NCBI GenBank assembly: GCA_050251055.1
Contig: JBFWNL010000006.1
Coordinates: 128,001-192,000, forward strand
Length of the DNA stretch: 64,000 nt
Source: Bacteriovoracia bacterium
GTDB lineage: Bacteria; Bdellovibrionota; UBA1018; JBFWNL01
Reading direction: 5' to 3'
Shown: piece by piece, positions 8,948-17,398 of the stretch
Layout of the letters: each line of letters starts with the position of its first letter
Numbering within the stretch: the first letter of the stretch is position 1
Made by a program: the position numbers and the translations under genes
Notes under the pieces: model-generated
What the model was told of the DNA's origin: nothing
Databases searched by the model: none
The model's input: the letters and a program-made list of their open reading frames with translations, nothing else

Positions 8948-10198
8948 CTATCTGTTCCGCCGGGTGATGACTTCGGTGAATACGTCCTCGACCTCATCCA
9001 GCACGGTGGGCGCCAAGAAGGGTGCGCCTTCGGAATCGCCTCGGTCTTCAAAGTTCATTGGGAATAGATAGGGGTAGCGCGCGCACGCGCGGGGCGGTTG
9101 CTGGCTGGACTCGAGCCGGCAGAGCTCCTGGGTCGGCATCACGTGGGCGACGTAGTAGAAATCGCCGGCGGGTCCCTCCACGACGGAGCCGTGCCCGACG
9201 TTTCGAGTGCCGGACATTAGCAGGTGTCGACCAGAAAGTCGGTTCTTCGCACGATCCCGAAGGCCGCGGATGCTTTTCGCGGCCACCCAAAATGTTTGGT
9301 AGTAGCTGCTGCGATAACTGTTGGCCGAAAAAATGGCGTAATAAAGATGCTTGAGGGGGTGCCAGAATATTTCGGTCCCTTCGATTACGCCATGGATGTA
9401 TCTCAGGGGCGCGTCTTCCCGGTTGTAGTTGAACCCCAACTTGAAATCCCCTAGCTCGGATGAACGAGAGAGCTCTTCGAGTAGTTTCGGATTTTTCGGT
9501 GAAACGAGTCGTTTAGGGATATTGGTGTCCTGACAAAGCAAGTGCGTGGGACGATTGGCGCGAAGCCGGGTGAGATAGGTCGCGTATCCCTGTTTGTTCA
9601 CCCGGGAATAAGCGAGCCACGGCGCGCCGGAGTGATTCCAAACCACCGAGCCGTCATAGGATCCTTCGAGTCCTTTTGATAGTTTTGGACAGGTTGCGGA
9701 TAGAGCGAAGGGCTCGCCGGTCGCCGTTCCGAATGGTCCCGTGGGGGAGTCGCTCGTGGCGACATAGAGCTGGATGTCCCGGTCATTTCCGCAACGGCCG
9801 TTTTCCACGGGGATTGCGCCGAAGTAGGCCACGTATTTTTTTAATGTTTTTGAATGGTGAATGCCGACGCTGCGTGGGCAGAGGGCTCCGGTTTTGAAGA
9901 GCAGTGGCTTACCTTTGGGGTAGCCGCGGTTAAAGCGCTCGGCCCCGCCGAAAAGATATCCATGCTTTTTCCAGCGCACGAGATCAGAACTCACGTAGAT
10001 CGGAGCGTCGTCGGTTCCCACGGTTCCGGTCATGACGTAAAGCAGTTCGGGCTGATCGACGCGCAAGACGGTGAGGTCGGCCAAGGGCTCGGGCGTGAGC
10101 GGATTCTTCGCGAGTTCGATTTGATAGGGTCCGGCCGCCAAAGACTCCGGCGCCACTGAGTTTCGGAGGATCGTGCGTGGGTCGGTATGTCCGCTCAA
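8948..10198 (-). CDS. Glycoside hydrolase family 43-like beta-propeller protein
   Basis: LADLTV, SSDLVRW, VATSDSPTGPF, YDGSV, IEGTEI, YYAIFSAN and GHGSVV motifs; the true start may be upstream at 10249. Confidence 0.7.
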   Translation of the reverse strand: MSGHTDPRTILRNSVAPESLAAGPYQIELAKNPLTPEPLADLTVLRVDQPELLYVMTGTVGTDDAPIYVSSDLVRWKKHGYLFGGAERFNRGYPKGKPLLFKTGALCPRSVGIHHSKTLKKYVAYFGAIPVENGRCGNDRDIQLYVATSDSPTGPFGTATGEPFALSATCPKLSKGLEGSYDGSVVWNHSGAPWLAYSRVNKQGYATYLTRLRANRPTHLLCQDTNIPKRLVSPKNPKLLEELSRSSELGDFKLGFNYNREDAPLRYIHGVIEGTEIFWHPLKHLYYAIFSANSYRSSYYQTFWVAAKSIRGLRDRAKNRLSGRHLLMSGTRNVGHGSVVEGPAGDFYYVAHVMPTQELCRLESSQQPPRACARYPYLFPMNFEDRGDSEGAPFLAPTVLDEVEDVFTEVITRRNR

Positions 10199-10425
10199 TG
10201 GCGTGAGAGTTACGAAGAGTGAAATGGCTAGATAGTGCGCAGTACGAATGAGACACCTCGTAAAAAAGTGGAGACAGCTCTAGGGTAGGTGCGAGTAAAA
10301 AAATATACAATGTGTCAAAATGTATGTAATAATTTGTAATTAAAAATACAATAAATACGTATATTTATAAAAATAATAAAAATTAAAAATTTTTTTATGT
10401 ATTCAAAAAGTGATCGAACGTAAGC

Positions 10426-10878
10426 TTAGGAAGCCTGAGGAAACGCCAGCAGCACCCGGGCCCGCCCCTGCATCGGCAACGTCGTTTCCTCCGTCCGCAT
10501 GCCGAGGGTACGGGCCAGTTCGTCGAGATGACGCATCCAGGGTTTATAGGACATGGAGTTATCGCTGCAGCAAGGAACGACGGCGCAGGGGATTCGGTGT
10601 TTGGCCGCATACTCGATGATGATGCGGGTCGCGCCGTCGGCATGCATGCCCACCACTAAATCCGCCTCGCAAGGCTCCGTCAGCGTGAATTCACGCTCGG
10701 CGAACGGAACCTCCAAGTGCTTGTGACGGCGATCGAAGGTCAGGCACTGGCGGCCCCGGCGGGTCAGTGATTCGTTGAGCTTTCCCATGCCACCCGCAAC
10801 GTCGAAAATACGGCGTGCTTCGGGAAAGCGATCGACGAGTAAATCGGCGAATAAATCAAAGCGGCGGAGGTCGGCCAT
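10426..10878 (-). CDS. Small SAM-dependent methyltransferase-like protein
   Basis: DVAGGMGKL motif I, GMHADGAT and VVPCC. Confidence 0.6.
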   Translation of the reverse strand: MADLRRFDLFADLLVDRFPEARRIFDVAGGMGKLNESLTRRGRQCLTFDRRHKHLEVPFAEREFTLTEPCEADLVVGMHADGATRIIIEYAAKHRIPCAVVPCCSDNSMSYKPWMRHLDELARTLGMRTEETTLPMQGRARVLLAFPQAS

Positions 10879-10962
10879 GATTCATCGGTCTTTACCGTAA
10901 GTGGATCCCTTTCGCTAGGCCTCCTCGAGCAGAATTTAGCCCCATGAACCGAAGGAGTCGCC

Positions 10963-12285
10963 TTACTCACGCTCGCATACTCGGCATCTAGAGACAAGTT
11001 GCGCGGCCAGTTGGGCGGCTCCCCCTGCGTAGTAGCCATTTCCGGTCGAGGATCCCCCGAGCGCTGGCGCGGTGCCTTGCATTCCAGCGGCCAACCACTT
11101 TCCGTTCTCATACGCGCTGTGGGCGTAACAATGGTGCCCGTTGCATTGAGCGGTTGGGTGGAGAAGAAACTCCGGCATGCAGCTCCCGCTGCCGGCTAGG
11201 TTTGACTGAGCATCCGTCCGCTCGCTTCCGTAATAACTGTAGCCTTCCCAAAGAGATCGCCACTGGTCGCCGGGCGGACATTCGGGGGTATCGTTGGTTT
11301 GGCTGTGTACGGCAATCACACGGGACGTGTGTTTGCCGCATACGACGCAGCGACTGACCATTTGGCGGACCACGGCAGGGTCATAAATGTCCGCGTTTGG
11401 GCCGGGTTGGGTGGCTTCGGAGAAGGCTTTTGTGGAAATCCATAGGCTATAACTGCTGTCGTCGGTAGAGGAAGAGAGGCACCCCGCACCGTTGCAGCCG
11501 ATAATTCCGCCCGGATCGAAGTGGCGCAAACATGCACCCGGCTGGGAGAGGTCCTGGCCCCGGGACATCCACACAGACTGGTAGGATAGGCTTATCGCGC
11601 CGGCGAAGCTGTATCCACGCCACAGCTCTTCCCAGCCGCTTCCTTTTCCCATTTGCGTTTGGCAGTAATCGGCGGGTGGCTCGGCGGCAGATTGCGTGTG
11701 TCGAACGAGCGTTTCGTAGTTGCCCCCTCTTTGTGTCGATGCGGAATTGGACGTGGTGCAGCCTTCGATTTTCCCGTCCGCAACTCTCACATGAATGGGA
11801 ACCGAGATTCGAACTTTTGAGCTAGCCGACGCAGTAATGTTGGCATCGAGGGCACCGATTACTTCGATTTTTGCCGAATACAAATCACCCATGGCAGTTA
11901 CTCTTGAAAAACCTCCCACGGAGATGCTTTCGTATACCACCGATCCGTGGGGTCCGGGGACGAGGATCGCTTGAATTTTTTCCTGACAATCCGGCGAGTA
12001 AGAAAATATGCCATCTACTTTTACTTCGTCGATTTGGCCTTCTCGCGAGATATTTAATGACTTTCCCAGTAATGAGCAGGTGCAAGCGTTAGTCAATCGG
12101 AGGCTTTCCGACAGGTGTATTTTGTCGGAGTTTACATCGACTCGACGCGAGGACTGCTCGAGCACCCGTCTTTGCCCGAGCACGGAACTCGCGATTGCTA
12201 ACGTACCGATCGCTAGCGCGGCCATGGCGAGGATTACCTCTAGGAAAGAAAACCCCTTTACGCCGATAACACCCCTGCTATCCAT
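10963..12285 (-). CDS. Type IV prepilin-like protein with a C-terminal collagen IV NC1 (C4)-like tandem domain
   Basis: N-terminal KG|FSFLEVILAMAALAIG prepilin motif; C-terminal RHTQ, LWRGYS, GQDLSQPGACL, SRCVVC, IAVHSQT, CPPG, LWEGYS, GSCM and SRCRVC motifs. Confidence 0.8.
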   Translation of the reverse strand: MDSRGVIGVKGFSFLEVILAMAALAIGTLAIASSVLGQRRVLEQSSRRVDVNSDKIHLSESLRLTNACTCSLLGKSLNISREGQIDEVKVDGIFSYSPDCQEKIQAILVPGPHGSVVYESISVGGFSRVTAMGDLYSAKIEVIGALDANITASASSKVRISVPIHVRVADGKIEGCTTSNSASTQRGGNYETLVRHTQSAAEPPADYCQTQMGKGSGWEELWRGYSFAGAISLSYQSVWMSRGQDLSQPGACLRHFDPGGIIGCNGAGCLSSSTDDSSYSLWISTKAFSEATQPGPNADIYDPAVVRQMVSRCVVCGKHTSRVIAVHSQTNDTPECPPGDQWRSLWEGYSYYGSERTDAQSNLAGSGSCMPEFLLHPTAQCNGHHCYAHSAYENGKWLAAGMQGTAPALGGSSTGNGYYAGGAAQLAAQLVSRCRVCERE

Positions 12286-12389
12286 ATAGTCCCCCTTGCG
12301 CTAGAAAAAATTGAGCCGATAGGCAAAGAGGGGGGAAGGCTGCTAAACGAAGCAAACTTCCCCCCTTTTCGGCAGTAATTTGGGAGTGA

Positions 12390-13991
12390 TTACTGCAAAA
12401 TCATTCCCTTGGCCTGCGGATTGAATCCGGCAGGAAAAACCGTACAGGACGTATAGCGCGCGCCCGTAAGTTGAGCCTGTCCGAAGGTGGGTGCTCCGGA
12501 GAGATCGACCTTTCCCAGCTTGGCTTGCCGCAGATCCGTTCCCGCGTTGAAAATCGAACCCGGAAAGGAAACGCCCGCCGCCTGGGCGCAGTTCTGCACC
12601 TGGCCCACCGTGGCCTCGCCAAATTTCACATCCGAAAAGTTCACGGTAGCGAAATTAGCTCGATCGAGAATGGTGACTTTCTCGAACCGGCTGCCGTTTA
12701 ACTCCGTCGAGTAGAGCTGCTCGGATACCGTCATTTGGCGGACCTCTAGATTACGCATATTCACGAGGTACATGTAGGCGCCGGCGCCGCCGTCTAGAAT
12801 CTGCAAGTCGTCAATGTGCGAACCACTGAAGTTCGAGCTTTGTACGTAGCCGGATAGATAGAGCATGTCGAGATGGGACGCGCGAACATCGGCGCCGACG
12901 AGAGATCCCACATTCGAGCTGAGTTGGCTCCAGCTGTAGAGATGGAGCCCAATGTAAGCATCGGCGGACTTTTTATCTTCCGTCACCACGTCGCCCAGAC
13001 GGCTCTCTTCTTCGGCCAGTCCGCTATTCAGGGGGTCGCTCCCTTTCGGTCTAGAATCTCTTCCCATGCCGACGGCTTTCAATCCGGTCACATACGAGGC
13101 ATTGATATATATTGCCCGCTGGGCTCCCGTGGCATCCATCCGGTTTAAATTGGACGCGTCGACCTGCATTTCTGCCTGGAGGCCTCGGGCGATTAGGTCC
13201 GAAGCATTAGCTAAGTGAAATGCGATTCCGTCCTTTGCGTAGACACCTGAGAAGTCGGCGCCGTTGAGGGTCCCTCCCCAGAAATCAGCACGTCCAGAAA
13301 AATAAGCTTGATTGAATTTCGCGCCGTTGAAATTTGAGTGACCATAGATGTAGTTAACAATCTGATACCCTTGCAAGTAACTCGCACGCGCGCCGAAAGA
13401 GACGTCGCCCAAGAGGGCCTTCATTCCCGAGAGATTGGCGTTTGTGAAGTCGGAGTAGACTACGCGATTTTTATTGCCAAACCATTGTAGGCCGCTGAGG
13501 TCGGCTCCCGAGAATGTGCTGCCGTAGATGTAGGTGTCCGACAGCTTAGCGTTCTTGAGCTGGGTTGGACGACCGGCGGCGGAGTTGAAATTCGTGTTGA
13601 CCCAACGGGCGCCACTGAAGTCACCGGCCGAAACCGTCGTACCAGTGCGGTTCGCGTTCAGTGATTCACCGCAGATGCCAAGGGTCGCTGCGTTTAGCCC
13701 GATAGTATTCCCGCGTTTGCATACATTCTCGCGGATCTGGCAAGTGCACACGCCGTTCGACATGTAACCCGTCGGACAGTTCACCACCACGCCTACACCG
13801 GGCATGACCGTCGGAATTGCGGTCATCACGACCTGGTTGTCGCAGACCAGCTGGCGGGGCTCCATCGAATTCTTCGCCACTCTGATGTAGGCGAAAGATC
13901 CAGGGTCATCCGCCCCGGCGGTCGTGACGCCGCCGAAAAAAAACAGAATACACGCCCCCATCCGTCCGAAATACACGCGCTTGTCTTTCAT
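12390..13991 (-). CDS. Secreted pentapeptide-repeat protein with a Cys-rich N-terminus
   Basis: Probable start MKDKRV at 13991 (GGGGAG RBS); signal peptide; repeats such as ADLSG, ANLSG, AKFNQ, ADFSG, TDLRQ, AKLGK and AQLTG. Confidence 0.75.
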   Translation of the reverse strand: MKDKRVYFGRMGACILFFFGGVTTAGADDPGSFAYIRVAKNSMEPRQLVCDNQVVMTAIPTVMPGVGVVVNCPTGYMSNGVCTCQIRENVCKRGNTIGLNAATLGICGESLNANRTGTTVSAGDFSGARWVNTNFNSAAGRPTQLKNAKLSDTYIYGSTFSGADLSGLQWFGNKNRVVYSDFTNANLSGMKALLGDVSFGARASYLQGYQIVNYIYGHSNFNGAKFNQAYFSGRADFWGGTLNGADFSGVYAKDGIAFHLANASDLIARGLQAEMQVDASNLNRMDATGAQRAIYINASYVTGLKAVGMGRDSRPKGSDPLNSGLAEEESRLGDVVTEDKKSADAYIGLHLYSWSQLSSNVGSLVGADVRASHLDMLYLSGYVQSSNFSGSHIDDLQILDGGAGAYMYLVNMRNLEVRQMTVSEQLYSTELNGSRFEKVTILDRANFATVNFSDVKFGEATVGQVQNCAQAAGVSFPGSIFNAGTDLRQAKLGKVDLSGAPTFGQAQLTGARYTSCTVFPAGFNPQAKGMILQ

Positions 13992-14101
13992 GTTATTGCT
14001 CCCCCATTTTGTGATCGTAAATGGGAGATGCGGAGGAATGGGGCCAGGTTGCACCGCTTTTAAATTTTACCTGCCAAGGGGTGGGTCAATCACGACCCGG
14101 G

Positions 14102-15886
14102 TCAAAAAAATCCCCGAAAAAGATAGGTCATGACGTTTTGCCAGCCCGCCTCGAATTCTGCGGATTTTGAACGGGGTAGTGGCGAGTCGCCGGCGTGGTC
14201 GTATTCTCCATCTGCCCCCAATCGGTAGGAATCGCGGGCTCGCGTCATCGTCACTTCCCGCAGGGCCTCCGCCACGGCGGGAGCATTCGGGACGATCAGC
14301 AGTAGCTCTAGATTATATTCAAGGGAGCGTGGATCGAGGTTTGCCGATCCGATAATGGAGGTGGTTCGATCGATTACCATTGTTTTGGCGTGAAGCTCTG
14401 AGCGAGGGTTGCCCCCCCAAGTTTTTCCCGCGAATCCAAACACCGTCATCCCTGATCGTACCAGGCCCGGTAATTCGGACTCCATGATGTTGGCCAGGAC
14501 CAGATACTCATCGTCGAAGCTGTAACGGCTATTGGTGACTAAATTTACCGCCACGTGACGATCCCGGACCGCGGCGCGAATTTCTTCGGCGACTTCCCCG
14601 CGTAGTATCACGTAGGGATTCTCGACCCAAATCTCCTCGCGGGCATTTTTGATGTAGCTCGCCAGCGTGCCCGCGGTGACTCTGCCCCGGTAACAGTTTC
14701 CGGGTCGGTCGCTCGCGAAAATCAGCTCATCGACATCGAAGGTTCGAATCGCGGCGTGCTCGCGTTGACCTCCTATTTCGACCCATTTGCGCAATCCTTC
14801 AGAATCTCGATTTATTTGCCACCAAGGCGAGGAGGGGCGGTCGGAATTTTTCCAAAGTAATGCTTCGGGGGATTCCCAAATCCGGTCAAAGGTAGCCCGA
14901 ATCCGATGAACAATCGGCCCTTTCACCCAGACGTCCCGGTCCTGATAAACTTTTTTCGTGGTCGCGATATTGAAATATTGATCGGACAAGTTTCTTCCCC
15001 CTAGGAGTGCTTGGCGGTCGTCGACTATTATTAGCTTTCGATGGTTCCGAAGCTGTGCGGGGTTGAGGCCAGGATAAGGATTGAAAAAACGAAAACTCAA
15101 GCCGGCGTTAGCCAGCGATCCGGTCTGATTTTCATCAGGGAAAGCGGTTCCCGGGGATCGATCCAGGAGGAAACGAACTCGTACTCCGGCTTTTGCGCGT
15201 TCCACCAGTGCCTGCAAAATCAGGCTAGCGGACCTATCGCGCCCTAGCTCGAACGACTCTAGCTCGATGGAGTACTTGGCTTCTCTAATCATCCGCAAGC
15301 GTTCATAGAGGGAGGGGAGTCCTTGATCGAGGACTCGAATTTGGTGAGGCGCACGAGAAACCGAATAGTAAGGGGCTTCCGCCATGGTGTCGTACTTTTG
15401 AACGCGTAGACGAACTCGATGGCTTTTGAAAATCGCTTCTGCGTAAGGAGTAAGGTCTTTTCCGTAGTGCCGGACGTAAAGCACGATGTTTTTAGGTCGC
15501 TCCCGGCTTGCTTTCTCAGTGAGTGGATAGAGGTCTTCCGGGTGAATTTGATATCCGGATATGGGAAGTCCATCATGCGCACGCACTACAAAAGCTAGAT
15601 GGCTCAGTTGAACGGGGACGGCATAGGGTCGGGTTTTCGTTTCGGGTATCTCCAACCAAAGGGGAACGCGATATTTATATGCGGAATGATCCGATCGCTC
15701 GACCGGGCCCCATTTCATTTCTATGTCGCTAATCAACGATCGATCTGAGCTGGCGTCGCGTGCGTAAACGTCCACTTGGGCGCCTAAGTTCCAAAGGGGG
15801 TCGTCCGCGCTCGATGCCTGCGCTGAAAAAGAAAAAAAAAGTGCCCCATAGGCTATGGCGAATGCAGGTAGGCGCACTTTCCTCAC
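14102..15886 (-). CDS. Secreted phospholipase D-family protein with an N-terminal extension
   Basis: Two HKD motifs (NHRKLIIVD..GGRN and LHAKTMVID..GSANLDPRS); signal peptide. Confidence 0.85.
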   Translation of the reverse strand: MRKVRLPAFAIAYGALFFSFSAQASSADDPLWNLGAQVDVYARDASSDRSLISDIEMKWGPVERSDHSAYKYRVPLWLEIPETKTRPYAVPVQLSHLAFVVRAHDGLPISGYQIHPEDLYPLTEKASRERPKNIVLYVRHYGKDLTPYAEAIFKSHRVRLRVQKYDTMAEAPYYSVSRAPHQIRVLDQGLPSLYERLRMIREAKYSIELESFELGRDRSASLILQALVERAKAGVRVRFLLDRSPGTAFPDENQTGSLANAGLSFRFFNPYPGLNPAQLRNHRKLIIVDDRQALLGGRNLSDQYFNIATTKKVYQDRDVWVKGPIVHRIRATFDRIWESPEALLWKNSDRPSSPWWQINRDSEGLRKWVEIGGQREHAAIRTFDVDELIFASDRPGNCYRGRVTAGTLASYIKNAREEIWVENPYVILRGEVAEEIRAAVRDRHVAVNLVTNSRYSFDDEYLVLANIMESELPGLVRSGMTVFGFAGKTWGGNPRSELHAKTMVIDRTTSIIGSANLDPRSLEYNLELLLIVPNAPAVAEALREVTMTRARDSYRLGADGEYDHAGDSPLPRSKSAEFEAGWQNVMTYLFRGFF

Positions 15887-15960
15887 GATGCGGAAGCTAC
15901 GAAAAAGTTGCAGCCCGACTTCATTTTAGTAGGAATTGACACATAGTTTCACTGCCGCTA

Positions 15961-17397
15961 ATGTCTGGCTGCTTGATCTTAACGGCTTTACTTCTACTTG
16001 CTTCCTCGGCCTTCGCCGCTCCTGGTGGGGTGAGTTTTCGCCTGTCGGGGGGTCAGATTGAGGGTCTTGGTCTTCCCTCAGCCCCGTTGCCATCAAGCGG
16101 TGATGCGAAGCAAGTCGTGTTTCGGGGAACGTACCAGCGAAAGGGCTGGGTGCTTCTGTACAAGGGGTCGGGGGATCGCTACTACGCCCTCCGCAGAAAC
16201 TCCTCCGGCGTAGCGGAGAAGTTGGCCTTTGAGATTACCTTGGCGACGAGTGAGCTTCCGCGAGCGATCGATTTCATCGCGCTTGGTCCTCACCAACAGC
16301 GTGAGCGCCTCACCGTTTACCTCCAGCCCCCGCGTGCCTCCGTCGATCAAAAACATCCTGCCAAAAAATCTCCTTTTCTTGAGGAAGAGCAGTACATGGA
16401 AAGTCGCGATCACCTGGGTGTGGGTGGGGTGGACGGATTCACCGCGGAGCTGTTTAAGTTTGTGCAAGCACGCCAGACCTCCGTGGTTCAGTGGCAGGAC
16501 GATCAGGTTCCGATGACCCCCCGAGGCGGGTCGATCGCCGGCGAATGGGTGGCGACACTAAATGGAAAGTTTTTGAGAAAAGACTGGGCGTTGCTTGTGC
16601 AGGGAAAGCGAATCGCCTCCGGGGAAGATCGGAATTTTTCGATTACCTGGCCCATTAAAGACGTGACGACTTCAATCACCTTGCAGGCGATCGGTCCGGG
16701 TGGGGAGGTGCAGGATGAGGAAGTCGTTCTGGACTTTCCCCAGCTGGTTGAGCTCAATGCGCGCCAAACCGCGCTTTACGGGGATTCTCCGTGGCAGCAA
16801 CGCCTGAGCCTGGGAGCGATTCAGGTAGCCTACTATCCTTACGGATACGGGCAGATCTCCGAGTACGGTTTGGATTTGCGCTACAGCGCGAGTTACGCGC
16901 TGACCAAGACCAAAGAGTGGCGGGCGCAATTCGGCGGACGATTTACCCCGTTGATGATTGCCGCGGGCGCGAACGAGTATCCAATTCGCTTCTATGAGGC
17001 AGCCTTGAGCGGTACTTATGCCTATCCTTGGTTTCCTCGTAAGTTTCAGCTTCGTTTTCAACTGGGGGGAAGAGTGTCCGGGACCCTAAGTAGTCATCCT
17101 TCCGATATTGGCTATCGAATTGTCGGCGCTCAGTTCATCCCTGAGTTTGCGTATTTTTTTCCGTCCGACCACGTATTGCGCTTTCATCTCAAGTGGATCC
17201 CTATCACCAATGAGGCGGGCTGGCAGGTTCTCAATAATCGGGAGATTGCCGCGGGCATGGAGCTGGAGTTGCCGAATGTTCCGGGACGGAGCCATCATTG
17301 GGGCTTGTATTTCGAATACGCGCATCTCTCCGCTACGCAGGAGGGGCGTGGCTTGCGTCTACGCCAAATTGGATTGGGAGCGAGGCTGGTATTTTAG
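15961..17397 (+). CDS. Hypothetical outer-membrane protein with a probable C-terminal beta-barrel
   Basis: Signal peptide; alternating aromatic strands in the C-terminal half; ends LGARLVF (beta-signal). Confidence 0.6.
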   Translation: MSGCLILTALLLLASSAFAAPGGVSFRLSGGQIEGLGLPSAPLPSSGDAKQVVFRGTYQRKGWVLLYKGSGDRYYALRRNSSGVAEKLAFEITLATSELPRAIDFIALGPHQQRERLTVYLQPPRASVDQKHPAKKSPFLEEEQYMESRDHLGVGGVDGFTAELFKFVQARQTSVVQWQDDQVPMTPRGGSIAGEWVATLNGKFLRKDWALLVQGKRIASGEDRNFSITWPIKDVTTSITLQAIGPGGEVQDEEVVLDFPQLVELNARQTALYGDSPWQQRLSLGAIQVAYYPYGYGQISEYGLDLRYSASYALTKTKEWRAQFGGRFTPLMIAAGANEYPIRFYEAALSGTYAYPWFPRKFQLRFQLGGRVSGTLSSHPSDIGYRIVGAQFIPEFAYFFPSDHVLRFHLKWIPITNEAGWQVLNNREIAAGMELELPNVPGRSHHWGLYFEYAHLSATQEGRGLRLRQIGLGARLVF

Positions 17398-17398
17398 C

